Positions 8,300 through 18,372 of a stretch of DNA of 64,000 nt are shown here, in pieces. Within the stretch, counting starts at the first letter, position 1. Each line of letters opens with the position of its first letter. Below the pieces are notes generated by a model. It was not told the origin of the DNA. It did not search any database and worked only from the letters and a program-made list of their open reading frames with translations. The DNA lies in the IMG/VR virus record IMGVR_UViG_3300010885_011634, positions 27,264 to 91,263 of that record; one strand, given 5' to 3'. Both the position numbers and the translations under genes were made by a program. The DNA comes from a virus.

Positions 8300-9886
8300 T
8301 CAATATCCTGTACTGATGAAGATTGGCATAGGTAGCTGATCTTCGGTTAATTTTTCGCTCATTTTTTCGTAAATCTTAGGATCCCAGTCTGCTAACACAT
8401 TAGCCATACGAATGATTAACAACGTACTCGATACTAAGTCATCGTGTTCACCGGATTTAGCACTAAACCCTGTAGCATGAGCCACGTAGGTTTTAAGTTC
8501 TGAAATCAATGGTTTAGAATGTATTTTCATTTTTTGTGTTTCTAACATATTTTTAAGTTGACTACATCCTGCTATTTTAGTACGATGCGTGGTGTTAAAG
8601 CCTTTGCGGAATTTACGGATATGTCCACGTCTAATAGGCTCGCTTAAGAATAACCCATTAAAGTTTTCTTCACCTAAATCACTAATAACAATTAGTGCTG
8701 CTTCACCTAGCGTGTTGTTTTCAACACTATAGTAAATCTGAGGGGCATTACCTTTTTCAATTCCTCGATCGTTGATGTAACGACATATTTCTCGTAGATG
8801 TTTAACTTGACTTTGAATTGGCGTTAGATTATGATGCCACTCTGCTACTTGTTCCATGCTAGGCATTTCATATACCTGGATAGCACCGTAGTCGCCACCA
8901 GTACCTAGACTAGGATCTAGAGCTACTAGATATGTACAGCGTGGGTCAATATCTTTGTACCAACGTGTTTGACCCATTGTCATTGTTGGTTCATCGCCTT
9001 TCATCTCTGCAAGACGTACTGCGTTAATTAGTGTTTCGTCAAAGATTAAGAATTCGCAATCAAACTCTCGACGGAATCGTTCTTCACCAATTTTAGCACG
9101 TTCTGTTGCTGCCCATACCTCGTCACGATCTGGATGTTCTGCCCAGTGTGCAAAGTAACTGTAAAATCCGTTAGTTCCTAATTGTTGTTCGTTACCAAAC
9201 TCGTCAAACTTTTTGTTAGCCTCAGTCCAAATTAACGCAAACTGATCTTCGTCTGAGTTTGGTGTTGATGTAATAATACACTTACCACCTGTTGACAATG
9301 TTGGTGATAACGCAGTCCAAAACTCTTTGGCTTTTTCTGGCGGTTGTACAAACGCAAACTCATCACAATAAATTAATGAAAGAGATTTACCACGACCGGT
9401 ATTTTCTGTAGTTGTTGTTGCTTGAATACGTGCTCCATTGTCGTATTCAATTGAGTTTCTATTGTATGTATGAACACCGGCACGAATAAAATCAGGCAAG
9501 TTCTCGTAGCCAAAACGGTAACGATTCATAATATCCTGCGCACCTTCGTATTTGTGAGCAGCAATTAATACTTGTGCTTCCGGTACAAACATAGTATACC
9601 ACAATAAGTATCCTGTGGCACAGGTAGTTTTACCCATCTGTCGAGGTAACATAGCAATACATTGTTTGTTTTCGTGGTATGCTTGAATTAATCTTTCTTG
9701 ATATTCGTACGGCACAAAAGGAATACTGCCCCGGACAGGATGTTGGATCTTTAAGAAGTTTTTACAGAAGTATAATGGACCATTAACTGGATCCATACAG
9801 GCTTCTAAATGCTTTACTTCCTCTAGTGTATATCGTTGAGGAGCGTGGGCTTTCTTAATTAAATTACCGTCTAATGATTTTGCCAT
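8300..9886 (-). CDS. terL: Large terminase subunit (T4 gp17-like)
   Basis: YEYQ adenine-binding motif, PRQMGKTT Walker A, IYCDEFAFV Walker B, ITSTPN, nuclease ALDPSLGTGGDY, VENN and HDDLV. Confidence 0.97.
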   Translation of the reverse strand: MAKSLDGNLIKKAHAPQRYTLEEVKHLEACMDPVNGPLYFCKNFLKIQHPVRGSIPFVPYEYQERLIQAYHENKQCIAMLPRQMGKTTCATGYLLWYTMFVPEAQVLIAAHKYEGAQDIMNRYRFGYENLPDFIRAGVHTYNRNSIEYDNGARIQATTTTENTGRGKSLSLIYCDEFAFVQPPEKAKEFWTALSPTLSTGGKCIITSTPNSDEDQFALIWTEANKKFDEFGNEQQLGTNGFYSYFAHWAEHPDRDEVWAATERAKIGEERFRREFDCEFLIFDETLINAVRLAEMKGDEPTMTMGQTRWYKDIDPRCTYLVALDPSLGTGGDYGAIQVYEMPSMEQVAEWHHNLTPIQSQVKHLREICRYINDRGIEKGNAPQIYYSVENNTLGEAALIVISDLGEENFNGLFLSEPIRRGHIRKFRKGFNTTHRTKIAGCSQLKNMLETQKMKIHSKPLISELKTYVAHATGFSAKSGEHDDLVSSTLLIIRMANVLADWDPKIYEKMSEKLTEDQLPMPIFISTGY

Positions 9887-9900
9887 ATTGTTATTTACTG

Positions 9901-9928
9901 AAAAAAATAGGCTCCGAAGAGCCTATTT
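9901..9928 (-). terminator. Intrinsic terminator with a cUUCGg tetraloop
   Basis: Minus strand AAATAGGCTC-TTCG-GAGCCTATTT-TTTT, immediately followed by the TAAATA promoter (9897-9892) of terL. Confidence 0.9.
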
Positions 9929-9945
9929 GGATTTAACAATTTATA

Positions 9946-10389
9946 TTAAGCAAATGTTAAACCAGTCAATGCTACGTTTGTAATAGTAACACTACCCGAA
10001 CCGCCTAATGCTGCTAAGATCACAGCTTCTAAATTAGTGTACGAAGTATCTGGAGAACCACTAGTAGCACCGTAAAGCGCACCAGTATCTGTTTTATTAG
10101 CATTCACTAGTGCAATGAATTGATTAGCACCAGATGCTGTTGGAATACCAACATAGTAAATTTCTGCTAAACTTTGTAACGCAAAAACTGCTTTAGACAG
10201 ATTGCTGTCTGCAACCGTCGGCGTTGTTGTAAAGTTATATGCTGAAGAAACAATTTTAATTGCCTGTAGTTTTGGTGTACCAAAACTTGTATACGGTCCA
10301 ACACCTGCTGAGCCATCACCTAATAATTTTTTAGCATTAGTTGTGATAGCTGTGCCGTTAGCGGCATCATATGCGAATAAATCAGCCAT
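9946..10389 (-). CDS. Hypothetical protein, probably a virion structural/decoration protein
   Basis: Ala/Thr/Gly-rich 147 aa; GGAG SD; last gene before a strong terminator. Confidence 0.55.
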   Translation of the reverse strand: MADLFAYDAANGTAITTNAKKLLGDGSAGVGPYTSFGTPKLQAIKIVSSAYNFTTTPTVADSNLSKAVFALQSLAEIYYVGIPTASGANQFIALVNANKTDTGALYGATSGSPDTSYTNLEAVILAALGGSGSVTITNVALTGLTFA

Positions 10390-11084
10390 TATTTTGCTCC
10401 TTTAGTTTCTGCTAATCTTTGTAATAGTTCTGCACGGATAGCAGCACGTAAGTCTCCCTCTGGCATTGACATTGGATTGTCACCAGCTTGGTAACTGTGT
10501 TTATGTTGGCCTTTAGGACGATTCATTCCGCCTGCTAATTTGTTAATCATATATTCAGTGTCTTTAACTTCAGGTCCTGATACGCCATCTGGGGCATTGC
10601 CAAATGCTTCCTCTTTATCTTTTGGTTCTTTTTCAGCATCGTGGTCGTCCATATCGTGGTCACCATCGCCGTCAATATCGCCCATTGCTTTTTGCATAGG
10701 GCTACTATCCATATCACCGCCTGGTTTATTATCATTGTCTGCATCGAAGTCAGGTAACATTTTTAATGGCGGAAGTTCTTGACGATCGGTTGACATTGCT
10801 GCCGGAGGAATCATATCAATACTTGGAATTGTCGTTGGTTCTTTTTGGTTGATCATATCTGGATTAACTTTAGTTAACAGTTTCATCAACTCACCAATGT
10901 CATCCATACCTTGCGCATTAATGTTTACACTCATGCTTGGTGGAGGTGTTTCTTTATGTTCCATTCCCATTGGAGCTGGAGGCATTTCGCCACACTCTTC
11001 AACTGGAACATCTGTTATTTGAATTGCTTCTGCTGTAGGTTGGTCTAACTCACGCATTTTAGCCATTAAATCATTAAAGTTCAT
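10389..11084 (-). CDS. Acidic Pro/Met-rich hypothetical protein (possible prohead core/internal protein)
   Basis: Low-complexity acidic sequence with a DIDGDGD DxDxDG-type loop; in the head-gene region. Confidence 0.5.
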   Translation of the reverse strand: MNFNDLMAKMRELDQPTAEAIQITDVPVEECGEMPPAPMGMEHKETPPPSMSVNINAQGMDDIGELMKLLTKVNPDMINQKEPTTIPSIDMIPPAAMSTDRQELPPLKMLPDFDADNDNKPGGDMDSSPMQKAMGDIDGDGDHDMDDHDAEKEPKDKEEAFGNAPDGVSGPEVKDTEYMINKLAGGMNRPKGQHKHSYQAGDNPMSMPEGDLRAAIRAELLQRLAETKGAK

Positions 11085-11085
11085 A

Positions 11086-11649
11086 TTAACTCCCTATGGC
11101 GCTTTTAGCACCTTCCTTATTTTGTTTAGTCTTAGGCAGTTTATATTCACCTTGCCCGTTTTCTTTCTTTAATTGTTTAGCTGTTTTAGCCAAATCTTTT
11201 AAGAATCCTTTGTTAAAATCATCACCAAAATAATCTTTAGTTTTGATTTTTCCTGCTTCTTTGTAGCTTGCATCGTCTAATAATGCTTCACCGCTCGGTT
11301 CTGCTGTAGCTAAAATTTGATCTTGTTCTGATGGTTCGCCAGCGCCACGTACACGGAAACAACTTGCAGGAATGCCCATTTCTTTAATATCATTTGAAAT
11401 TTCAGGCGATGTAATTGGATATTCACAAATTACTTCGTAGATTGTTACTTCTGTATTTGGATGATCTGGAAAATCTAAAGGCAATGCTTGGATTGGGGTA
11501 GTTTTAATCTTTTCAAAAGTCATAACCTTACAACGCCCTAATCTTTCCTTTAAGTTTTCTTCAAACTTTTCAGGTAACGGCCCTGCAACTTTAATCTTAA
11601 AGTCGTATACTCTTTTGCCTTCGGCAAGATATTGCTTAAATGTCTTCAT
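11086..11649 (-). CDS. Hypothetical head-associated protein with a T4-type capsid-targeting N-terminus
   Basis: Starts MKTFKQYLAE, resembling the T4 internal-protein CTS MKTYQEFIAE; TAAATA 5 nt upstream. Confidence 0.55.
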   Translation of the reverse strand: MKTFKQYLAEGKRVYDFKIKVAGPLPEKFEENLKERLGRCKVMTFEKIKTTPIQALPLDFPDHPNTEVTIYEVICEYPITSPEISNDIKEMGIPASCFRVRGAGEPSEQDQILATAEPSGEALLDDASYKEAGKIKTKDYFGDDFNKGFLKDLAKTAKQLKKENGQGEYKLPKTKQNKEGAKSAIGS

Positions 11650-11657
11650 AGTAGTAT

Positions 11658-12140
11658 TTAGTCCTTTTGACCCAATTTCTTAAGTAGCTCGTTGCGATCT
11701 GTAATTACATAACCTTGCCCGTTGATAATATCGTTTGGATCATCGGGTTGATCTTTGTCCATTTTTAGCTTTTTAAGCTGTAAATCCACAGCTTTTAACT
11801 TCTTATCTAATTTAGCAGTCTTAGCAGTAATAGCATTACCTAACATACTCGATGCCACTTCAAAAATGCGGCCGCTGTAACGCACTTCTACGTTCATACC
11901 TAAATCCATTAAATCGTCGTATGCTTGTTCTGCTTTGGTGGCTAGATGATCTAACTCTTTATCATCAAGATCATCTAATTCTTGGATCTGTGGTAACGTA
12001 CTAGTTATACGCTGTATCTCTCTACTGGTCTTTTCAATGTTATCAACAGCTTCATGAGTAGGTTTTTCTATAGGAGCTGGTTCAGCTTCTACAGGCTTTG
12101 ATTCTTCTAAATTAAAAAGTTCTTCTAGTTTTTTCGTCAT
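11658..12140 (-). CDS. Probable small terminase subunit (gp16-like)
   Basis: Helical 160 aa with AYDDLMDLG...RIFEVASSML..A...K..K core and a C-terminal ITDRNELLK, similar to T4-like gp16 proteins. Confidence 0.55.
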   Translation of the reverse strand: MTKKLEELFNLEESKPVEAEPAPIEKPTHEAVDNIEKTSREIQRITSTLPQIQELDDLDDKELDHLATKAEQAYDDLMDLGMNVEVRYSGRIFEVASSMLGNAITAKTAKLDKKLKAVDLQLKKLKMDKDQPDDPNDIINGQGYVITDRNELLKKLGQKD

Positions 12141-12147
12141 ACTTTAC

Positions 12148-12588
12148 TTATCTGCGTTTGGCGCCTTGATGGAAAATCTCGCCTTCATTAACTACACGAA
12201 ACTTTAATCCCTGTTGCTTACACCAAGCATTTGCAGCTTCCCATTTAGCCATATTTTTAACATACTGCTGTTGGTTATATTGGCTCTTGCCAACTTTTTC
12301 TAACATTGTTTGACTTTCAGGTTTAACTTCTACAACCTCAGCATGTTTGCCACCTGTTTTGTCGCTGTAAACAATGAAAAAATCTGGGACATAAATTGTG
12401 TATTTGCCAGTTAACGGATCTCTATAGGGTATTTGAATACTTTCACTTGCCCATTTTTCAACACCCTGGTGTTCGTCAAGCATGCGCATAAACACAAATT
12501 CCCAACTACTGCGAGCCAGAGGTGTTTTCTTCCCTACATACTTCTCAGGATTTTTCATTTCAAAACGACCCTGTGCAAATTTTGCCAT
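12148..12588 (-). CDS. gp4: Head completion nuclease (T4 gp4-like, TnsA-type PD-(D/E)xK)
   Basis: KNPEKYVG, RSSWE..FM..LD, WASE.I.IPY, Y.PDF, EVKP..QT, N.AKWEAA..WC. Confidence 0.9.
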   Translation of the reverse strand: MAKFAQGRFEMKNPEKYVGKKTPLARSSWEFVFMRMLDEHQGVEKWASESIQIPYRDPLTGKYTIYVPDFFIVYSDKTGGKHAEVVEVKPESQTMLEKVGKSQYNQQQYVKNMAKWEAANAWCKQQGLKFRVVNEGEIFHQGAKRR

Positions 12589-12953
12589 TACGGAGATATA
12601 TTTCTAGATTGATTTACAACTACATTAGTAGTTCTAAATCCTAACGTGCTGGTTGGAGTTCTATTGTTATTTAGAACTTCGCCAACTACTTGACTTAGGC
12701 CAAGCCCGTCAAACTGCTCAAGACTATCTAGTATTGAATAAATTGGGGTTCCGTCTAATTTTGCTTGTTTTAACAATACTGTAGCTACGACTAATGCTGC
12801 ATCGTCTTCAAACCCTTTTTTCTTAAAAAAAGATACAGTACTGTTAACGTCATTAGCATTAAATTCTAATGTTTCCTGACCATAGTTATTAAAAAATAAC
12901 TTTGTACCTGCTGCGCTATCTTCGCTATTTGTTATAGGTAAATTAGTTGCCAT
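12588..12953 (-). CDS. Hypothetical protein (tail/baseplate operon)
   Basis: Clean ORF coupled to the gp4-like gene. Confidence 0.6.
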   Translation of the reverse strand: MATNLPITNSEDSAAGTKLFFNNYGQETLEFNANDVNSTVSFFKKKGFEDDAALVVATVLLKQAKLDGTPIYSILDSLEQFDGLGLSQVVGEVLNNNRTPTSTLGFRTTNVVVNQSRNISP

Positions 12954-12960
12954 GATGGTC

Positions 12961-14049
12961 CTATACTATTGGATTGCCGCCGGCCATTATCTTAGGCGCT
13001 GCAATAGTTGTGTCTGTATTAGTTGAACTCTTAGGAAATACTGCACCAACTACTCCGCCTACAGTTGAAACTGCGGTTGCTATATTTGCTGGATTACTTA
13101 AAATATTGATAGCTTCTTGTTTGAGGCCTTCTTTAGTAAGAGAATTAAAGTTTTTATAAGTGTTTACAGTTTTAATTGCTGTGCCTAGGAATCCACCAAA
13201 ACTATCAAACGTTGACCCATTGGCCACATCACCAAATATACTTTCTAATCCGTCAAGCACACCGCCGTCGCCTGTTAAGTTAGCAACTCCTCCGCCTGCA
13301 ACACTTAGAGGACTTGGTACTGTATCGTAATGTAATGTTGCAAAACCTTTTGGGCTGTTAATAGTACAGTTACCTGCAGAGTATTTTACAGCTTCGTATT
13401 CTAAAGTCATATTACTTTCTAAGAATTCAGTTGCTGAATAGTCAACACTACCGTGACTCCATGATTTAATTCTTGGATTGACTAATGTGTATCCTAAAAA
13501 TCTTCTACGGCTCATTGTATAGATGCTGATAGATTTGAAAAACGGAGTAGATATATTGTTATCCATACCGTATCTAAAATTATCTAATGGAGTTTTAGTT
13601 GAACGTAAATGATTCATGTTGTATGCTGAGGTAGGGTTATGCCTATCAGCTACATAATATCCGTAATAAATTGCCCACAATGCATTTACAATTCCTGCGC
13701 TGTCATCATGTAACGCGATGTTTACAGGTTCATAATTGAAATTCTTATAGACAATCTTTTTTCTATTATATTGATTTTTAACAATACTGTCAAAATTATA
13801 CTTAGGCAGGTCTGCTGCCTTAACTAACATTCCAACTTCGTCGCCGTGTTTTGCGGTAAACGATGGAGCTTTAATTGCTGATTTGTCTAATTCAAATCTA
13901 ACATAAAATAGAAATTTAGTTCGAGGCGATAATCTATAGGTATCGTCGATGAATAGTCTAGTGGCATGCTGCCAGCTACCTACTAGCCCTTTAGGATTAG
14001 TAAGTCCGGTACCGACACCAGTAAGAAAACGTGTAAATTTATTGGCCAT
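12961..14049 (-). CDS. Tail-tube-fold baseplate/tube-initiator protein (gp48/gp54-like)
   Basis: VKAADLPKY..NQYNRK....YEPVNI.LHDD and LVNP.I.SW.H..DYS resemble the tube fold; follows the tube gene; TAAATA 4 nt upstream. Confidence 0.55.
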   Translation of the reverse strand: MANKFTRFLTGVGTGLTNPKGLVGSWQHATRLFIDDTYRLSPRTKFLFYVRFELDKSAIKAPSFTAKHGDEVGMLVKAADLPKYNFDSIVKNQYNRKKIVYKNFNYEPVNIALHDDSAGIVNALWAIYYGYYVADRHNPTSAYNMNHLRSTKTPLDNFRYGMDNNISTPFFKSISIYTMSRRRFLGYTLVNPRIKSWSHGSVDYSATEFLESNMTLEYEAVKYSAGNCTINSPKGFATLHYDTVPSPLSVAGGGVANLTGDGGVLDGLESIFGDVANGSTFDSFGGFLGTAIKTVNTYKNFNSLTKEGLKQEAINILSNPANIATAVSTVGGVVGAVFPKSSTNTDTTIAAPKIMAGGNPIV

Positions 14050-14065
14050 ACAATATTTATGTCAC

Positions 14066-14090
14066 AAAAAAACCCGGGGATACCGGGTTT
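14066..14090 (-). terminator. Intrinsic terminator after the tail tube gene
   Basis: AAACCCGG-N5-CCGGGTTT-TTTT on the minus strand. Confidence 0.85.
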
Positions 14091-14106
14091 CTTTGATTAA
14101 GGTCTA

Positions 14107-14751
14107 TTAACCTTGTGTACCTAAAGCGCCTGTAATTGCTTGTGTAGCGATCTGACGTCCAACTGCTGCGCCAATACCACCTTCTAAGCTAGTAGCTGTC
14201 TTATCAGCACCCCATTGTTCCATATTATCGAAACGAATTGTAAGTGCTACTGTTGCTTCTTCATTAGTACCGTATGCTAATTCACCGTAGTCTGCATTTT
14301 GTACAAAGCAACCATACAAGTTAATTGTTTCAAGAACTTTTGGTGCTAGGTTAGCGTTACCGCCGTCTAGTATTTCTGTTCTCATTGTAAACTTGTAATC
14401 AACACCTGAACGTGCAGATGCTTGTTCTAAGAAGTCAAATTGTTTCTGTATTTGTTGACCAACTAGTTTTTGTACTTCGCCACTTGCATCGTCACGTAGT
14501 GTCAATGTAACTGTTTCAAAGTTTGGTTTACCAGCTAGATATACTTTAGAGTTATAAACATCTAGTGTCATTTCTTCAAAGTTTACCTTTGGTCTTGTTA
14601 CGTCTTTAACTTGTTTTGTCAATTCAGTTGCTGCTGCAACGCCAAATCCTAATAAAGTAACACGGAAGCGATACTTAAGTTTTGGCATTAGCAGTACTTG
14701 CGTACCGCCTGCGGTTGGAACTGATAAATTATTTAATGATGTAATTGCCAT
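14107..14751 (-). CDS. gp19: Tail tube protein (gp19-like)
   Basis: PKLKYRFRV, RPKVNFEE, YLAGK..FETVTLTLRDD, LYGCF....YGEL.Y; directly downstream of the sheath. Confidence 0.85.
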   Translation of the reverse strand: MAITSLNNLSVPTAGGTQVLLMPKLKYRFRVTLLGFGVAAATELTKQVKDVTRPKVNFEEMTLDVYNSKVYLAGKPNFETVTLTLRDDASGEVQKLVGQQIQKQFDFLEQASARSGVDYKFTMRTEILDGGNANLAPKVLETINLYGCFVQNADYGELAYGTNEEATVALTIRFDNMEQWGADKTATSLEGGIGAAVGRQIATQAITGALGTQG

Positions 14752-14753
14752 TT

Positions 14754-17700
14754 TTAGATCTCTCCTGTATTCTTGACACGCAATGGAATGTAAATGAACT
14801 CAACGGCCTTAACAGGTTCAATTGCGATATCTACCCATAGCTCATTACGATCAACCCTTGCTGCTGTGTTGTTAGTTTCATCACACACAACTGCAAAGTC
14901 ATATAAAGCACGTAAGCCCACTAATTCAAGCAATAAACTTTCAACTGCTTGTTTAATTTCATCACGTGTAATCTTATCATTTGGTTCAAAGATATATGGA
15001 CGAGCTAATTTGTTTAACTGACTACGTAAGTAAACTGTTAAACGTGCTACGTTGATTCGATCTAATGCACTTGCATTTCTTGCACGAGTTTTTTGACCAT
15101 AGTTAACTAAACCAACACCATTAAAGAATGTAATTGGATTAATTTTTAAGTCATAAAGTGTATCACGTTGACCTTCATTCAGAGCAACTGTTTGGAACTC
15201 ACCTGTGTTACCATCAATATAACCTACTGATGTTGCATTAGTGATGCCGCCACGTCTTGTACCTGCTGGTGCAAACCATGGATAACTTGCATTGTCACTT
15301 AGTGCAATAGTTTTCAACATCATATGTGTTGATGGAACAACTGCGTTTGAACCACTTAAGTCTGTTGTAAATCCGCTTGGATAAAACACAGCTAAGTATT
15401 CATCATATGTAACAATACCCATATCACCGTTATCTGTTACTAGTTCTGCGTTAGAACCCCAGTTAGTTAATGATGTAGCATCGCTTGGTAAACGTAATGG
15501 AGTGTCTGCAATAACAAATGCAGTTACACCACGATCAATGTTTAAGTTAACTAAGTTGCTCATTAGCTCAGGATATCCTGGGCAAGCAATTAAGTTAAAG
15601 TTACGACGTTCTTCATCACGGATCTCTGCGCTTGTATCAACTGCACTCTTAAGTGCTGCTACTACAACACCACGTTGTGCTTTGCGTAAGAATGATCCTG
15701 AACCATCTTCGTTATTTGCTGAAGCGGTAACCCAACGATCAACTTCTGTGTAAGTGCTCATTGACATTGCAGTAACTACCGCATTACCTAATGGACTGTT
15801 TGTAGAGTCAAAACGTTGATTGTCTTCTGTTTGATCAATAAAGTTTCTAACATATTTTTTAACGTTACCATCTGAACGACGTAGATTCCATAACAACATA
15901 CCTTTTGGATATAGTGCTGGATCCGGAGCATCTGGATCTAAATAGTTACTGGCTAATAATGTTGCAATTGAAGCTGCTGTATTGCCTGCTGCTCCGCTTG
16001 ATCCCCAACGTGCATCGGCAAATAAAATGCCGCTTTCTGTTGTTTGATCTGTTTTATCAACTAATTCCCATTTCTCTGAATTAGGAACTCCTTGGATGCT
16101 GCTGTTGTAGCGATAAATTGTTGGGAAGTTTTCTAGATCAGCTGTGCTAATCCATAAATCATTATCAACAAATGTTACACCGCCTGTGTATGGATTTGAT
16201 GCTGATACTGTAGGGCCTGTTGCACTAGTACTTGCAAAATTATTTGTATATCCAACCCATGTGCGACCGTTGTGTACCATGATATCAATTTCACTAACTT
16301 CTGAATTGTACCACATTTGGCCATCTGCTGGAGCATTATTTGGAGCCGAGCTTGCTGCTAAGAAATTATCAGCTGCTAATGGTTTCCAGTTTGAAGCTAC
16401 ATATTGCTCACTAGCACTGGCTGGTAGAGCATAGAAATTTGCTGTGCCTGTTAGTGCGTCAATGTTGAAGGCTGTATACAATCTTTCTAATGCTGTTAAA
16501 CTTGCACCACTTGCTGCAAAACGTAACTCACCGCCTTCCTTGTGTGTAATTACTAATTCATTGTCAGCAGTAACACCTGCTTCTAAGTAACTAGGAATTT
16601 CAACTGGATTAGCTGGATCTGAATTATCGTAACCAAAGTTTGCAATACCGTTAATTGTGTCTGCAATTGTTCTAGGATCATCAACTGTACCAGCAGCAGT
16701 AAATGTTAATGCTGTTGATACTAATGTTGCGCTGCCCGGAATACTTTGTTTAAGCGTCCAAGTCTTGTTACCACCAGCAATTAGATATGAACTTGTAACT
16801 GCTTTTGATGTGATCGAAGTTCCAGTGTTAGCACTTTTTGCTCTGACCCAAATTCTAAATGTTGCTGTTTCTGGTGAAGCATCGTATCTGTTATCTTCTA
16901 ATGCATTTGTTTGAACATATAATGCACTTTGTTCAATGTTTGCGCCACCACCTGAACGATCTAGGTAATATAATGCTGCGTGACTAGAGGCATAAATTGG
17001 AGCTGCTACTGAAACCCAAGTTTCTGTTGCAGAATTCCAACGTTTAACAATCCAACGTGCACCACTGTTTGGTTCTGTTGTCTTGATCCAGACTGATCCA
17101 CTTGGACGACCGTTTGTTAATGTTCCGCTACCATCATCATCGTCATCACCAATTTTGAAAGCTGGGATACTTGTGTGTGGGTTTTGTGTTAATTTAGGAC
17201 CATGGAATGTTCCTGCTGTTAACCCAATAGCTGATAGTGACAATGTTCCGGCAGCTACCGTAATAGCATTAGTTAGTGATGAATCGCCATCATTGCCTGC
17301 TAAATCACCACCGCCCATTTGGCCAGCATCAGCATATAGGTATAGTCTGCTGTTTACGACTCGAGCAGTAACACCATTAATTAACAAACCGTTGATAGTG
17401 TCTACTAAGCCGTTTACTGTATTATTTGGTGCCGATGCTACAGTAACTAATGTACCGTTAATTGTAAAATTACCAGCGGCAATTGCGCCAGTTACTGCTG
17501 AACTGCCTTTAATAGTAGGCCAGCTAGCTGCCCATTCTTGGCTACCAACTAATACCCAATCACCTGCATTAACGGCTGTGCCGCCACCTGCGATTCCGCC
17601 GTTTCCTGGGGACTTGTAATAAATTCTGCCATATTCTCTTGGTGCTGAAAATGTTCCAGGGCCGTCAACTGTTTGTAATACAACAGCATAATCACCAATA

Positions 17701-18266
17701 GAACCAACTGACTCTTTTGGTGCGTTACTGTTGATGTTATCGACATCGTCGTCAGTTAACACCATTGGAATTTTAACTGTAAATTTCTGACCGCCTACTA
17801 CTGTTGAGGGTGAACCGTTCCACTCTTGGATACCCCAAGCTGTAGAAGTTGTGTCTACCCACCATTGGCCATCGTCTGGATTTGCTCCCGGGGCTGAAGC
17901 CGAAGCTTCTAATTGTGTTAAATCAACATCAGCCCTAACGATAAATGCTGCGTTGCTAACTCCTAGCAAACTGTAAGCTGCTAGTAGTCCGTATTCGTTT
18001 CTTTCGCCGCCATGCACTGGATTTGTAGATGCTGTCTTTTCAAAGAAAGGTACACCAAAGTAATCTACTAGATCTTTTTGGCTTGTCATCTTAAATGCTT
18101 TTCCAGCATTTGCTTTAGTAGTCGCTGTAGCAGTGCCGGTGCCTGCTGCGTTTGTTTTATCTTGTCCTGATGCTACGACGATAAGAGGTGTTGTACCTGG
18201 TTCTGCAGGTGTGTATTGACTCTCGTCGATTACCGTAACTTGTACTCCGGGTGATTGTAGTGCCAT
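14754..18266 (-). CDS. gp18: Tail sheath protein (gp18-like) with large internal insertions
   Basis: N-terminal SPGVQVTVIDES; C-terminal PWFAPAGTRRG, INPI, GQKT, ALDRINVARL, FEPND..TR, CDETNNT, IEPVKAVEFIYIP. Confidence 0.95.
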   Translation of the reverse strand: MALQSPGVQVTVIDESQYTPAEPGTTPLIVVASGQDKTNAAGTGTATATTKANAGKAFKMTSQKDLVDYFGVPFFEKTASTNPVHGGERNEYGLLAAYSLLGVSNAAFIVRADVDLTQLEASASAPGANPDDGQWWVDTTSTAWGIQEWNGSPSTVVGGQKFTVKIPMVLTDDDVDNINSNAPKESVGSIGDYAVVLQTVDGPGTFSAPREYGRIYYKSPGNGGIAGGGTAVNAGDWVLVGSQEWAASWPTIKGSSAVTGAIAAGNFTINGTLVTVASAPNNTVNGLVDTINGLLINGVTARVVNSRLYLYADAGQMGGGDLAGNDGDSSLTNAITVAAGTLSLSAIGLTAGTFHGPKLTQNPHTSIPAFKIGDDDDDGSGTLTNGRPSGSVWIKTTEPNSGARWIVKRWNSATETWVSVAAPIYASSHAALYYLDRSGGGANIEQSALYVQTNALEDNRYDASPETATFRIWVRAKSANTGTSITSKAVTSSYLIAGGNKTWTLKQSIPGSATLVSTALTFTAAGTVDDPRTIADTINGIANFGYDNSDPANPVEIPSYLEAGVTADNELVITHKEGGELRFAASGASLTALERLYTAFNIDALTGTANFYALPASASEQYVASNWKPLAADNFLAASSAPNNAPADGQMWYNSEVSEIDIMVHNGRTWVGYTNNFASTSATGPTVSASNPYTGGVTFVDNDLWISTADLENFPTIYRYNSSIQGVPNSEKWELVDKTDQTTESGILFADARWGSSGAAGNTAASIATLLASNYLDPDAPDPALYPKGMLLWNLRRSDGNVKKYVRNFIDQTEDNQRFDSTNSPLGNAVVTAMSMSTYTEVDRWVTASANNEDGSGSFLRKAQRGVVVAALKSAVDTSAEIRDEERRNFNLIACPGYPELMSNLVNLNIDRGVTAFVIADTPLRLPSDATSLTNWGSNAELVTDNGDMGIVTYDEYLAVFYPSGFTTDLSGSNAVVPSTHMMLKTIALSDNASYPWFAPAGTRRGGITNATSVGYIDGNTGEFQTVALNEGQRDTLYDLKINPITFFNGVGLVNYGQKTRARNASALDRINVARLTVYLRSQLNKLARPYIFEPNDKITRDEIKQAVESLLLELVGLRALYDFAVVCDETNNTAARVDRNELWVDIAIEPVKAVEFIYIPLRVKNTGEI

Positions 18267-18299
18267 TCCCTATTCTCCTGGTAATAGTTTTGCTCAAAG

Positions 18300-18367
18300 T
18301 ATTTACCAGTATATTGTAAAAATGCCCTGTTATAGTACAATATAAAGGGGCTGAAAAGGCTTAAATA
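18300..18367. promoter_or_regulatory. Divergent late promoters: TAAATA (-) 18305-18300 for the sheath and TAAATA (+) 18362-18367 for the HNH gene
   Basis: Both boxes are seen directly; the sheath mRNA has a leader with GGAGA SD, while the HNH ATG lies 5 nt after its box. Confidence 0.6.
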
Positions 18368-18372
18368 TTAAT

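Noticed and set aside
8300-9886. Intein or intron in terminase or UvsX
   Set aside because: Both have normal length and contiguous motifs.
14794-17619. Several plus-strand ORFs (up to 178 aa) opposite the sheath gene, and similar ones opposite uvsX, gp32, the kinase, the Gly-rich genes and the giant proteins
   Set aside because: Antisense shadows of codon-biased genes: no SD or promoter, no recognisable motifs, fully nested in well-supported CDSs.
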